Positions 53,701 to 64,000 of a stretch of 64,000 nt of DNA are shown piece by piece; positions within the stretch are counted from its first letter, which is position 1; every line of letters begins with the position of its first letter. The position numbers and the translations under genes were made by a program. The DNA comes from Epiperipatus broadwayi (lineage: Eukaryota > Animalia > Onychophora), in the NCBI GenBank assembly GCA_028023455.1, contig JAQFVV010000004.1:18972001-19036000 (forward strand). The letters run 5' to 3'. Below the pieces are notes generated by a model. The model saw only the letters and a list, made by a program, of their open reading frames with translations, was not told the origin of the DNA and did no database searches.

Positions 53701-56083
53701 ATGATTATAAATATCTATAGTAAAATAATTTGTTTACACATATTCATCTTGTCTTCAACAAAACTGAATTGATGTTTCACTTAGGTACTATCAGGCAACT
53801 GGGAACAAAGGCTATGGTGTTTTTTGATTTTAAAATCAATGCTATGTCAATAAACTCATCACACTGGATAATGTATTTTGGTGAGAAGCTCTTTCATGTT
53901 TGTTTGCTTATGAATGAACTATATAGTATAACAGCTGCAGTGACAAGAACATATGGAGAGGATGTTAGGAAATTACCTGCTCAATTTCCATGTGACTTCA
54001 AAAAAGAATCAAAGGATCTTCTTTCAGTTAACAGCAAACACTTTTCTGTCACCTTATCTTACATATGATGCTTAATATATAAAAACATGACATATATTAC
54101 TGCAGAAAATGCCTTCTCAAAATGCACAAATAATTAAATTCTCCATTTAATATGACAGATCAGTATTAGAAAAATAGAGGAAAAAACAAACACATTCTTA
54201 ATAAATATATCCTTGACTCATTAAATATATAACATACTAAATAAATAATTAGACAATTATGTATATATTAATAATATATATACATTATTTTTACTAAAGA
54301 ATAATAAAATTGTTTGAAAATCTTTTGACGATCTACTTTATTTTCCTTTTTTTTTATATATATAATATGAACTCTTTTCAATTGCTTTAAACCAACAATT
54401 TAAACCTTTCTAAATCTACTTCTGGAATCTATAAATTAACCAGCTATACATATATTGGTTTCCATTTAGATTAAACAAAACCATAAAGGCAAATCAAATA
54501 TCTTAGCTGATATCAAAAGTTTATTAAAAATTAAAAATAATAATACAAACGTTCTATAAATTAACAAAAAAAAAAAAGATAAAGAAAAACTGGATGACGG
54601 TATTTTAACGATCATTTGCAGCCATTTATAATGAGTATGGCTATTTTATTGTCAAAAAAAAATGCAAAGAATACAGAAAATAATAAAATAAAAATTAAAG
54701 TCACAATTATTGTATGTATATTAAATAATATTACACAGGTACACAATCTCATCATTCATTTAGTGCAGAGATAAGTAATCGAAAATGAGGCATATAATTA
54801 TGATATTGAGCTATATACGAATCTAAAGTAAAGGTGGGGGGAGATAAAAAAAAGAACTAATAAAAAATCTGTATAAGATTGTTTTTGTTAACAGTATCTA
54901 TTTTTTTGATGATCCAATTTCTTATTCTTCAAAACAGTGCAAGATATTCTTGCTTATTCACAATTAATCCTTAAATCGGAAAACCATTTCACTGTTGATA
55001 ACTTCAGATCAGCATTCTACGTTTAAATATAACTATACCATTCCTATCTAAAGCAGAAACAAATAATTATTTATGGATATTTTTAAGTATCTATAATTAA
55101 TTTACATAAAAATTAACAATAATTTTCAAGTATAAAATTAAATTAAAACAAAATTAATCTACATGATAACAATAGGTTATTTACAGGAAATTAGTAATAT
55201 ACATTACGTACTCCATTTAGTTCCTTAATAATAATACTTTTTTTAATGATTAAAAATAGAAATATAATAATTTGGAATTTTAAAAATAGAAATATAATAA
55301 AATAAAATCTTTTGTTCTATAGTATATTACAAACTGCAAGTTAAATCAACTGATATGGGAATTCAATAATAAGTCACTAGATTGGACAATATTTGAAATG
55401 ATTTTAAAAAGAGAAAAATTATAATTTACAATATTTTACAAAGTAATATTTACTGAGGCTATAACCTCGAGAATATGCGTGTAAAATGCGATAGTAGGGA
55501 CCTCTACAGGTGTTTAACCACAAGCTTACAAAATTAATATTAATTTTAATTTTGAGATTTTGTTTTTGGTTGAAGTTAATTCTGAATAGGACCAAGATTA
55601 ATATATAAGGCATCTTTAGTCAAACAGCATCTTAGCATCTTTTCAATGATTTATTTATAAATTTAAACCCTTAAATCTAGAAGAACTGTAATATTCACTA
55701 TTTATGATGAACAGAAAAAAAAGATGCTGATACATACATATAACAATCTTATACTTCATGTATGTTTTAATAAAAATAATAATTATAATAAAGATATATT
55801 TTACATTGTGATTATAAAAATATTTTAAGATAATATCACAACAATACTTTTCTAATTTTTAAATTAGAAAACCTTTTTAATTATATTATTTAAATCCAGT
55901 TTTTTTAAATCATTTACTTTATCTAGAAATTCACATGATCACATTTCCTATACTAGCACATTAATTGTTGATAAACAGAGCAAAACTCTCCATACAGTAT
56001 TGCCACCTGTGCTAAACAGAGTAATCAATGGATGCCAGAAGGCTTGTGCATAAAATCCCCATCTAATGCCTACTCATCCAATA

Positions 56084-56125
56084 TCCCCAGACTAGTTTCT
56101 GGCTTATGGCCTTTGTCAGTGAGGA
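56084..56125 (-). ncRNA. Type-I hammerhead ribozyme copy with core mutation G8->A (CTGACAA)
   Basis: Minus strand tcctca-CTGACAA-aggccataagcca-GAAA-ctag-TC-tgggga. The change is a CpG-type transition. Confidence 0.7.
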
Positions 56126-56527
56126 GCTTTGGATCTGAGAGCACTGCATCTAGATCTTAGGATCTAATGCAACCCTCTAGCAACCACCTTTTATCTCTAC
56201 TTAACTACAAAACTATGAGAATGAAATTGAAAACATAAAAAATATTTTCAATCTAAGCTCAATAGCTTATATAGTCATATGGGTCTGAACTCAGTTCAGC
56301 ACCCATACATTTTGGTGTCTTTGGCTCTTTTACAACCATAGCCACCACTATCCTATTAGGTAGGATTGGTGTTAAACCATTAAGCATCACATGATCACAT
56401 TTCCTATACTAGCACATTAATTGTTGATAAACAGAGCAAAACTCTCCATACAGTATTGCCACCTGTGCTAAACAGAGTAATCAATGGATGCCAGAAGGCT
56501 TAGATGCAGTGCTCTCAGATCCAAAGC

Positions 56528-56569
56528 TCCTCACTGACGAAGGCCACAAGCCATAAACTAGTCTGGGGA
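56528..56569 (+). ncRNA. Type-I hammerhead ribozyme copy with G12->U (TAAA instead of GAAA)
   Basis: tcctca-CTGACGA-aggccacaagcca-TAAA-ctag-TC-tgggga. Confidence 0.7.
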
Positions 56570-56983
56570 TATTGGATGAGTAGGTATTAGATGGGGATTT
56601 TATGCACAAGCCTTCTGGCATCCATTGATTACTCTGTTTAGCACAGGTGGCAATACTGTATGGAGAGTTTTGCTCTGTTTATCAACAATTAATGTGCTAG
56701 TATAGGAAATGTGATCATGTGATGCTTAATGGTTTAACACCAATCCTGCCTAATAGGATAGTGGTGTCTATGGTTGTAAAAGAGCCAAAGACACCAAAAT
56801 GTATGGGTGCTGAACTGAGTTCAGACCCATATGACTATATAAGCTATTGAGCTTAGATTGAAAATATTTTTTGTGTTTTCAATTTCATTCTCATAGTTTT
56901 GTAGTTAAGTAGAGATAAAAGGTGGTTGCTAGAGGGTTGCATTAGATCCTAAGATCTAGATGCAGTGCTCTCAGATCCAAAGC

Positions 56984-57025
56984 TCCTCACTGACGAAGGC
57001 CACAAGCCAGAAACTAGTCTGGGGA
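56984..57025 (+). ncRNA. Minimal type-I hammerhead ribozyme with intact conserved core
   Basis: tcctca-CTGACGA-a-ggc cacaa gcc-a-GAAA-ctag-TC-tgggga. Stem I is tcctca/tgggga (one GU pair), stem II is ggc/gcc, stem III is the palindrome ACTAGT. GUC cleavage predicted after 57019. Confidence 0.85.
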
Positions 57026-57949
57026 TATTGGATGAGTAGGCATTAGATGGGAATTTTATGCACAAGCCTTCTGGCATCCATTGATTACTCTGTTTAGCAC
57101 AGGTGGCAATGCTGTATGGAGAGTTTTGCTCTGTTTATCTAGAAATTGTTAAAAAATTAGGTAACCTCTCTTCAAATATTAAAGAAATAGAAGTATTTGG
57201 AAAAGAATTGGTATGAATATGGACAGGGTACAAATGATGGAGGAGAATAATCCCTTAACCTTATATCATTAAGCTCTCTATTATTTTTAAAAGAGAAAGG
57301 ATTATAACATGACATTTTTAATGTCACTGCTTTTAAATTCTGATTTCATCTATATATATAAATTCTCTAACTAAACACTGACATCTACATTTTTAACTCT
57401 AATCTTATGAGATATATATAATAGATTAAACCTCTGCCATTATTATATGTAAAATAAAAATATTACAACTAAGTATATACTTTAATTTTATTTTAAAAAT
57501 CTAATATATTTTCATCATTGACATTATGCAGTTGAGTGTGCAGACAGCCCACATATATATTATTAAAAAGACAAAACAAAGGTGAATTTAAGACAAGAAT
57601 GATACAGCATTTGCTTATGTACAGAAAAGCTAAAACTAATTCTACAAATTTATCAGTATTTTACAATTGTGAAAAAAACCTGGGCATGGTTCTATCGAGC
57701 TATTGTTGAAGTGATTTATAAAAAAGAAAATGATGGAAAGAGAGAAATCAAAGAAACCTGATTTATTACACAACATGAGTATACAATGAATTAGAGAACC
57801 AATAGCATTAAAATAAATAAACAATGGATCTTTTTAATGATATAAGATGGTGGCTTTGTTATAATTTCGATAACCATGATTATAATGCTAGCATATTGAA
57901 TATTAAAGTATAAATTATGTTATAATGCCTCCATAAATTCAATTATAGC

Positions 57950-60425
57950 ACTTTCATCTTAGATTTGGTTAAGATAAAAGTGCTGTTCATAAATTTGATT
58001 ATGGTGGTAGAAATGAGAGAGGACATAGACTTGGGGAGTTTGCAGAAAAAGAAAAATGTTATGTAATGAATTCTTTTTTTAAAATATATATATATTAAAT
58101 GAAAATAGATATAGAAACATTGAAATGAAGTTATAGCAGAATTGAATTATATTTTGACTAACAGAAAATTATTCTTTACATATAAAGTGTGATAAATAGA
58201 ATAGCTAAAATTCAAAAAACATTAATCATAAAAAACTATTTGCTAAACGCTTTTGGTACCATGTATCAGAATCATGGTGACATATTGGAACTAACAGAAA
58301 ATATATATTTCAAGAATGCAATGTTCTTAATAAATTCCATGTAAAAAGTGATCATTGATTAGTGAGACGTAAGATACATGTTATTGCATAACTAGAAAGA
58401 AAAAAAAATATTAAAAAAAACAGTATTCACAGTTGATATTCCTAATCCACAGAAACATTCCAATGAATTTAAATTTGAACTTGCAAATTATTTTCAAATA
58501 TTAACACTGTTTGAACATGATTCAGATTTGAACAAAATCAATAGGAAGACAACTAATACACTTTTAAAAACTACAATAATCATAACTAGCACAAAAAAGC
58601 AGCAATTAACCAGTAACATTTGGACTGAGACAAGACAATTTATAAAGAAAAGATGGAATATGAAAATATATATAAACAATGCATTAAGAAGATTTGAATA
58701 GCCAGAATTTTGTAAAATGGTGCAAAAAAAGTTGATAACAATACAAAAAAGGAAGGAAAGCTATAGAAAAAAATAAAAGACTCAAGAGTGTAAAACAACA
58801 TTTTGGTTATTGATATGAAATTTATTTCTGCAATAAAAAAAAGATGGAACTATTACTAAAAAGATTGATGACATTATGAAATATGTAGAAAAGTTCTATC
58901 AAGAATTTTATTGCAATAAAGATCCAAGGGAAAGTACATACTACAACTATTACATCTTCTGAATTGATTTGAACTTTAAATGAAGAAGAGAGAAATATAA
59001 TTATATTTATGAAGAAGATAAAGCTCCAGGATAATGATGAAATTGCAATTGATCTGTTAAAAGAATCAGGTGATGAATCATATACCAAATGTCTAAATGA
59101 TAAAGATATACCAGATGATTGGAAGAATGCAGTATTAATATTTGAAAAAGGTGATAAAGAAGATATTAGAAATTATAAACCGATCAGTCTTTTATCAGTT
59201 CTATACAATTTTTTTAACAAAATAATTACAACTCATCTATAGCAAACTTTGGATTTTAACCTATCAAAAGAATAAGCTGTATTTAAAAATAGCTTTAGTA
59301 CAATGGATCATATCCAAGTATTGAGAAAAGTTATAGAAAGGATCAATGAATATGAGTTATCATTATACTTTGGATTTGTAGACTATGAAAAGACATTTGA
59401 TTCTATAAGCATTTCATCATTGGTTAAAGCACTGAAACATCAAGATATAGAGCCAGGATATTATCATATTCTTAAGAATATTTATAAAAATGTAACAACT
59501 ACAATAAGATTATATAATGATACAACAAAGGTTAACATTGAGAAGGGTGTAAAACAGGATGACTCCATATATCCAAAACTTTTTACAGCAGTGCTGCTGT
59601 AAATATTTTTTGAATTAAAATGGGAAGTTAAGGGAATAAAAGTAAATGGAGATTATTTAAATCATTTAGATTTTTCAGATGATGTAGTTATTGTTTTTTT
59701 AAATAATGCTTCAGAGATTCAGAAAATGTAAGAGTGATCAGCTAAAAGTAGAAAGGAGAACTAAACATAAACATTAAAAAGACTAAAGTAATATTCAATG
59801 GATTTTTTCAAAAGATGAAAATAAAGATTGATAATGATGAATTAGAAGTTAACAACTACAAATACCTTCCAGATTATTACTACAGATGGAAATGTAATGG
59901 ATGAAATTAATCATCGAATTAAACTTGGTTGGAGTGCTTTTGGTAGAAATAACAATATTAAAAGGTAATATGCCTATGCGTTTGAAAAGGAAGTTTTTAA
60001 TGAATGTGTTTTACCAAATCTTACTTAGGGATCTGATACTTGAACCATTAACAGAAGTGCAATATAGAGACTTCAGACCACTCGATGAAGCATGGAAAGA
60101 TGCATGTTAGAAGTAACAAAAAGCAATCAAAAATAAAATACATGGATGAGAAAACAATCAGGTGTTACTGACCTCATTGAAAGGATTACGAGATTGACAT
60201 GGAATTGGGTTGGACATGTTGCTCGAAAAGATGATAATAGATGGACAGTTGAAATCTTAAACAAGATATCAAGATATTGTAAAAGACCTAGAAAGAAACC
60301 ATGTGAGATAGATGGATAAAACAAGAAAATGTGCTGGATAGTTGTGGAGATTAGAGATTGGAGATAGATTGAACTTGAAGAGATCTTCATCCTGCAGTTG
60401 ACCAATAATGGTTGAAAATGATTAT
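57950..60425 (+). mobile_element. Decayed RTE LINE (APE end, RT, 3' UTR)
   Basis: GRNERGHRL, KAPG-DEIAIDLLK, DWKNAVLIFEKGDKEDIRNYKPISLLS, FVDYEKTFDSI, GVKQDDSIYPKLF, FSDDVV, WNWVGHVARKDDNRWT, and 3' end atcttcatcctgcagttgacc...tgaaaatgattatgat. Confidence 0.9.
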
Positions 60426-60546
60426 GATATTGTAAATCTATTCATGCATCAAACAAGTCTGAATATGTTATTAAGATAATTCACATGCTATGTTCCTAAA
60501 GAATCACATGAATGAATTATTAAATAATGCTCATATTTTATTATAC

Positions 60547-61066
60547 ATATATAAATTCAACATTCCTTTTCTTTTTAAAACTTGTTTTTATTCCAACTAT
60601 AATTTTCTTTCTCCTTCCAATACAACGTTTCAACTACATTCTGTAGTCATTATCAAGTTTCCTTAAAAAATAATAATAATAATAAAATAAATAAATAAAA
60701 ATAAAAAACAAAAATAATAACACAAATAAATAAAATATTAATACATTCCAAATATATAATATTCAATTAAAACCATAATATTATTATAATCTACAAATAC
60801 AATTATTTACCTCCTTCCCTATCTTTAATTATTTCTTTTAAATTACCTTTATAAATTAATACTCTTCTTATATAAGTTTATTATCTTTTCTCTAAATCTT
60901 TACCCATTAACATTCTTTTTATAATCCCCCCCCCCCTTTTATTTTTATATATTATTCTTATATTATCTTATTTTTGTAGTTGAAACGTTGTATTGGAAGG
61001 AGAAAGAAAATTATAGTTGGAATAAAAACAAGTTTTAAAAAGAAAAGGAATGTTGAATTTATATAT
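60547..61066 (-). mobile_element. Penelope-type inverted pseudo-LTR pair without recognisable ORF
   Basis: 92-bp inverted arms at 60547-60638 and 60975-61066, with no mismatch seen by eye. The left arm continues into an HHR motif on the minus strand. Confidence 0.7.
60619..60660 (-). ncRNA. Minimal type-I hammerhead-like motif (U3-A8 core variant)
   Basis: Minus strand aaac-TTGATAA-t-gactaca gaa tgtagtt-GAAA-cg-TT-gtatt. Stem II is 7 bp, stem III is the palindrome (A)ACGT(T), stem I is weak with one mismatch. Confidence 0.55.
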
Positions 61067-62279
61067 TTATTATCATGGAGCTATAATTTAAAAAGAAAAA
61101 GAAGTGAAAAGATGTGTATATAATTATATTTTATTATACCAATGTCAATTTATTTTGTCAGATAAAAGACAATCCTTTATTTGACAAATAGATTGGCATT
61201 GGTATAGCAAAAAGTGGACATTATTTTCAAGTTCATATAAATGATGCTTTAAGAATCTAGTTTGTGAATTATAAACAAAATACACTAGAATAACTCTACA
61301 AAATTAAAAATGCCTATATAAAATTTTAAAATAATTTCTTTTTATAGGTATCTTACAGCTTCTTCTGCCACCTAGAGTAGCAATAATTTAAATCTCATTA
61401 AAGTCACACAACAGTAACATTCCTATGTGAATGGCCAATTTTTCATAAATTGTGAATACTAACCCAATTACACTATTTATTCAACATATTATCTATACTA
61501 TTTATAAAATATGATTCCTTATTTTTTTTTTCAAATCATTTTCCACATGCAAACAAAAATACTATCAAAGCAGAATTCTCCACTACAAAGCATTGCATGT
61601 TTTGCAAAAACAGATTTGCAGAACAACATAATTTATTATATAATAATGAAATAAATATGCTGGGAAAGCTGTAGAGTGTAAAATTTGTAATTTAATATAA
61701 AGTAATTCATTTATCCTAAATAGGACCATATTACTTCGGAATTTAAATAATATATTTTTTGTGTGACTAGTCAGCTTCATTTCATATGCATAATTATTTT
61801 GGGTGATATAATTATATGGTCTAGCAATGCATATAGTGATAAGAGTAATTAGAAAGAATGTGTTACGCTTGTGGAAAATGAAAATGATTGAATTTATAGA
61901 TAATCTTTAAAGACAAAAAAATTAAAAAAGTTTGAAAAAGATTATCTGAAAGAAAGGAATAAAATCTGTCTAATAATTTGTCTTTTAAAAAAGAGAAATT
62001 GTTGATGAGTAAAAAATAAGACAGGAAGATTTGAATGGCATATAAGATCCACTTTTGATCATATCACAGATATAATGTGTATATATATGGCACTGAAATT
62101 ATAATTTCCTTTTTCTCAATCACAAACTATTTCGTTTTTTTGTTTTTTTTTTATAGAGACGAGTTGCTTTAGCTTTATTTTATTAAGTGAAAGGAAGTAA
62201 TTCTCATTTTATATGTCCATTTAATTTTAGTTATAAATTAGACAACTTAAATTAATGAAACTATAAGATAATAAAATAA

Positions 62280-63365
62280 CTAAACATTTGAATCAAACAG
62301 TGACAGATGAATGATTGAGAAGTTTTGATAAGATTTATTATACAATAATTTCTTTAGATAATTAGAAGCAGCTTTTTAGTAAGGAAAAGACACAAAAGAA
62401 GCCTTCTTTGATTTCATTCTCATTAAGAAGCTAATATTTTATTGTATTAGAATGTCATGTTTCTTTTCAATAATACTGTACTTTACATTTTTAGAATAAA
62501 GATAAATTATGCACACCAGTATGTACTTCTATACATAAATGGATATTGGTAGGATTATTTTAATTAAAGAGTAAATATATAAATATAATAAAACATATTA
62601 ATAGTATTATAATTTCTGCTTTTTGTTCTTTTATGCATTGATTTATATTTATATAATATTTATACCATTATTCATTTTACAATACAATCTAGTAAAATAA
62701 AATGTATTTCTTTACATTTGTTTACAGTTTCACCTGTTCAGCAGTCTTCATCAGAGATCATCATGAAGACTGATGGACAATTGAAACCATAGCAAATATA
62801 AAGGAATAAATTTTATTTTATTAGATTGCATTGTAAAATGATTAATGAAAGTGTATATGGTACTATATAGACATATTAGCAGTATGCAGTGTTTCAATAT
62901 ATATAAAATTATCTAATCAATTTGTTGACTGTATTAACTAGATAACAAATTACTACAACCAAGTAATAGGAACTGCTCACTTTTAATAGTAATATACCAA
63001 TGTTTGCTCCTTCTTGATACAATTTATTCTTTAATACCAATTTAGAGTCATATAATAAACTTTAAATTAGACTATTTAAATTAATAAACCTAAATAATAA
63101 AATAAGTAAACATTTGATTTAAAATGATAGTTGAATGCCAGAAGTTTGAATAAAGATTCATTATACAATACTAAAATAATTCAATGCTTTATTGTTTGGA
63201 GTTCATAAAATGTTTTAACATTGGAAGTGACAGGTGGAATTGCATTTTGTGATTCTTAAGTTTTAGAGTTCAACTCTCTATTACTGCATCAAATCATGCA
63301 GAGCATTATATGGTAATTTCTTTTAGATGATGAGAAACAGCTCTTTAGTAAGGAAAAGACAAAAA
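62280..63365. repeat. Decayed direct repeats about 0.8-1 kb apart
   Basis: taaacatttga...gaagtt...tattatacaata (62280-62346 versus 63107-63170) and taatttct..tagat...cagct.tttagtaaggaaaagaca (62346-62396 versus 63314-63365). Confidence 0.5.
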
Positions 63366-63630
63366 TTCTTTGAAATTTAGAATCATATAAAATTAGTATC
63401 TATTAGAAAACTACTACTAATGATGATTAAGTGCTTTTTCCTATTGAAGTTTATATATCTTAAGAAATATAAATTTTGTTTTTATTTAGTATATAATCTT
63501 TAAATCAAATCACCCATTTTTTTAAATTTGTTGACTGCAAAGATGAATGCAATCTTACTTCATAATTTACTCTTGATTGCAATTCAAGAACTTGCAAGTG
63601 TCTCTGCATGTCCATCATTAAAATCATCTG

Positions 63631-63958
63631 TTAATTGAATGTAAACACTTGAAAGCAAAAAGGGTACAAATAATGAAGTTATGGAAGAATAAATATGAAT
63701 AAAGTGATTATACAGAAAGTGGGTTGTTGGTTTTTTTATGCTGGGTTTGGGAAAAGATAAGGGGGATTTAGATATAAATGCCATAGAGTTGACAGAGATT
63801 ATGTTGTGGAAATGGGATGGAGCAGATTATGGAAAATCTTAGGGTAGGGAATGGAAAGGGAAGGTAAAGTGGCTAACAGGTTTCTCTGGGCATAGTTGCT
63901 GAGAGATTCCTGACTCTGTTTAAGAAGAAGTCACAGTGCATCACATCACATCACATCA
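63631..63958 (+). mobile_element. 5'-truncated LINE 3' end with (CATCA)n tail
   Basis: Aligns with 7515-7832 (EC..LKA.RVQIMKLW...LDI.AIELT.IMLWK). Ends in catcacatcacatcacatca. Confidence 0.85.
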
Positions 63959-64000
63959 GTCAACACTAAGACAATCCCAATTTCAATAACAATCAACAAT

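Larger units (their letters stand above)
55932..57139. mobile_element. ORF-less hammerhead-delimited retroelement (retrozyme-like / non-autonomous Penelope-type): about 1.25 antisense units plus about 1.4 sense units of a 456-bp monomer, forming a 1.2-kb foldback
   Basis: Period is 456 bp in both arms (55980/56436 and 56534/56990). Inversion junction at about 56501. Three HHR copies. 14-bp TSD tttatctagaaatt (55918-55931 and 57134-57147; the first 6 bp overlap element sequence). Confidence 0.92.

Noticed and set aside
53730-54068. 112-aa plus-strand ORF as a host gene or mariner fragment
   Set aside because: No convincing motif or splice context. It lies antisense next to the 5' end of an RTE element.
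55932-57139. Second hammerhead of opposite polarity within the 456-nt monomer (viroid/obelisk-like ambisense design)
   Set aside because: I found no CUGANGA...GAAA geometry on the antisense strand of the unit. The minus-strand HHR at 56084-56125 is simply the inverted copy.

Overview
AT-rich animal (invertebrate) genomic DNA, with CpG visibly depleted over most of the window. The only host gene I can support is on the minus strand: the 1270-nt first coding exon (29142->27873) of a neural/type-III classical cadherin (CadN-like). It encodes a signal peptide, cadherin repeats and an RRVKR furin-type site, lies in a local CpG-rich island, and is followed by an intron that apparently runs off the left edge (>27.8 kb). 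The rest is mostly decayed transposons: several RTE LINEs, a CR1-like LINE, an I/Jockey-like LINE, DNA-transposon MITEs and tRNA-derived SINEs. The most striking layer is a set of Penelope-type retroelements carrying minimal type-I hammerhead ribozymes (HHRs). (1) An ORF-less, retrozyme-like family occurs at four loci with 11-14 bp TSDs; the copy at 55.9-57.1 kb is a 1.2-kb foldback containing a 456-nt HHR-to-HHR monomer. (2) A young GIY-YIG Penelope fragment at 17.4-18.0 kb has an HHR with an A3-U8 core pair instead of C3-G8. (3) An inverted repeat at 60.5-61.1 kb has an HHR with U3-A8. (4) A decayed tRNA-head plus HHR-like element lies at 36 kb. All calls come from reading the sequence by eye; no searches or folding were run, and the boundaries of decayed elements are approximate.
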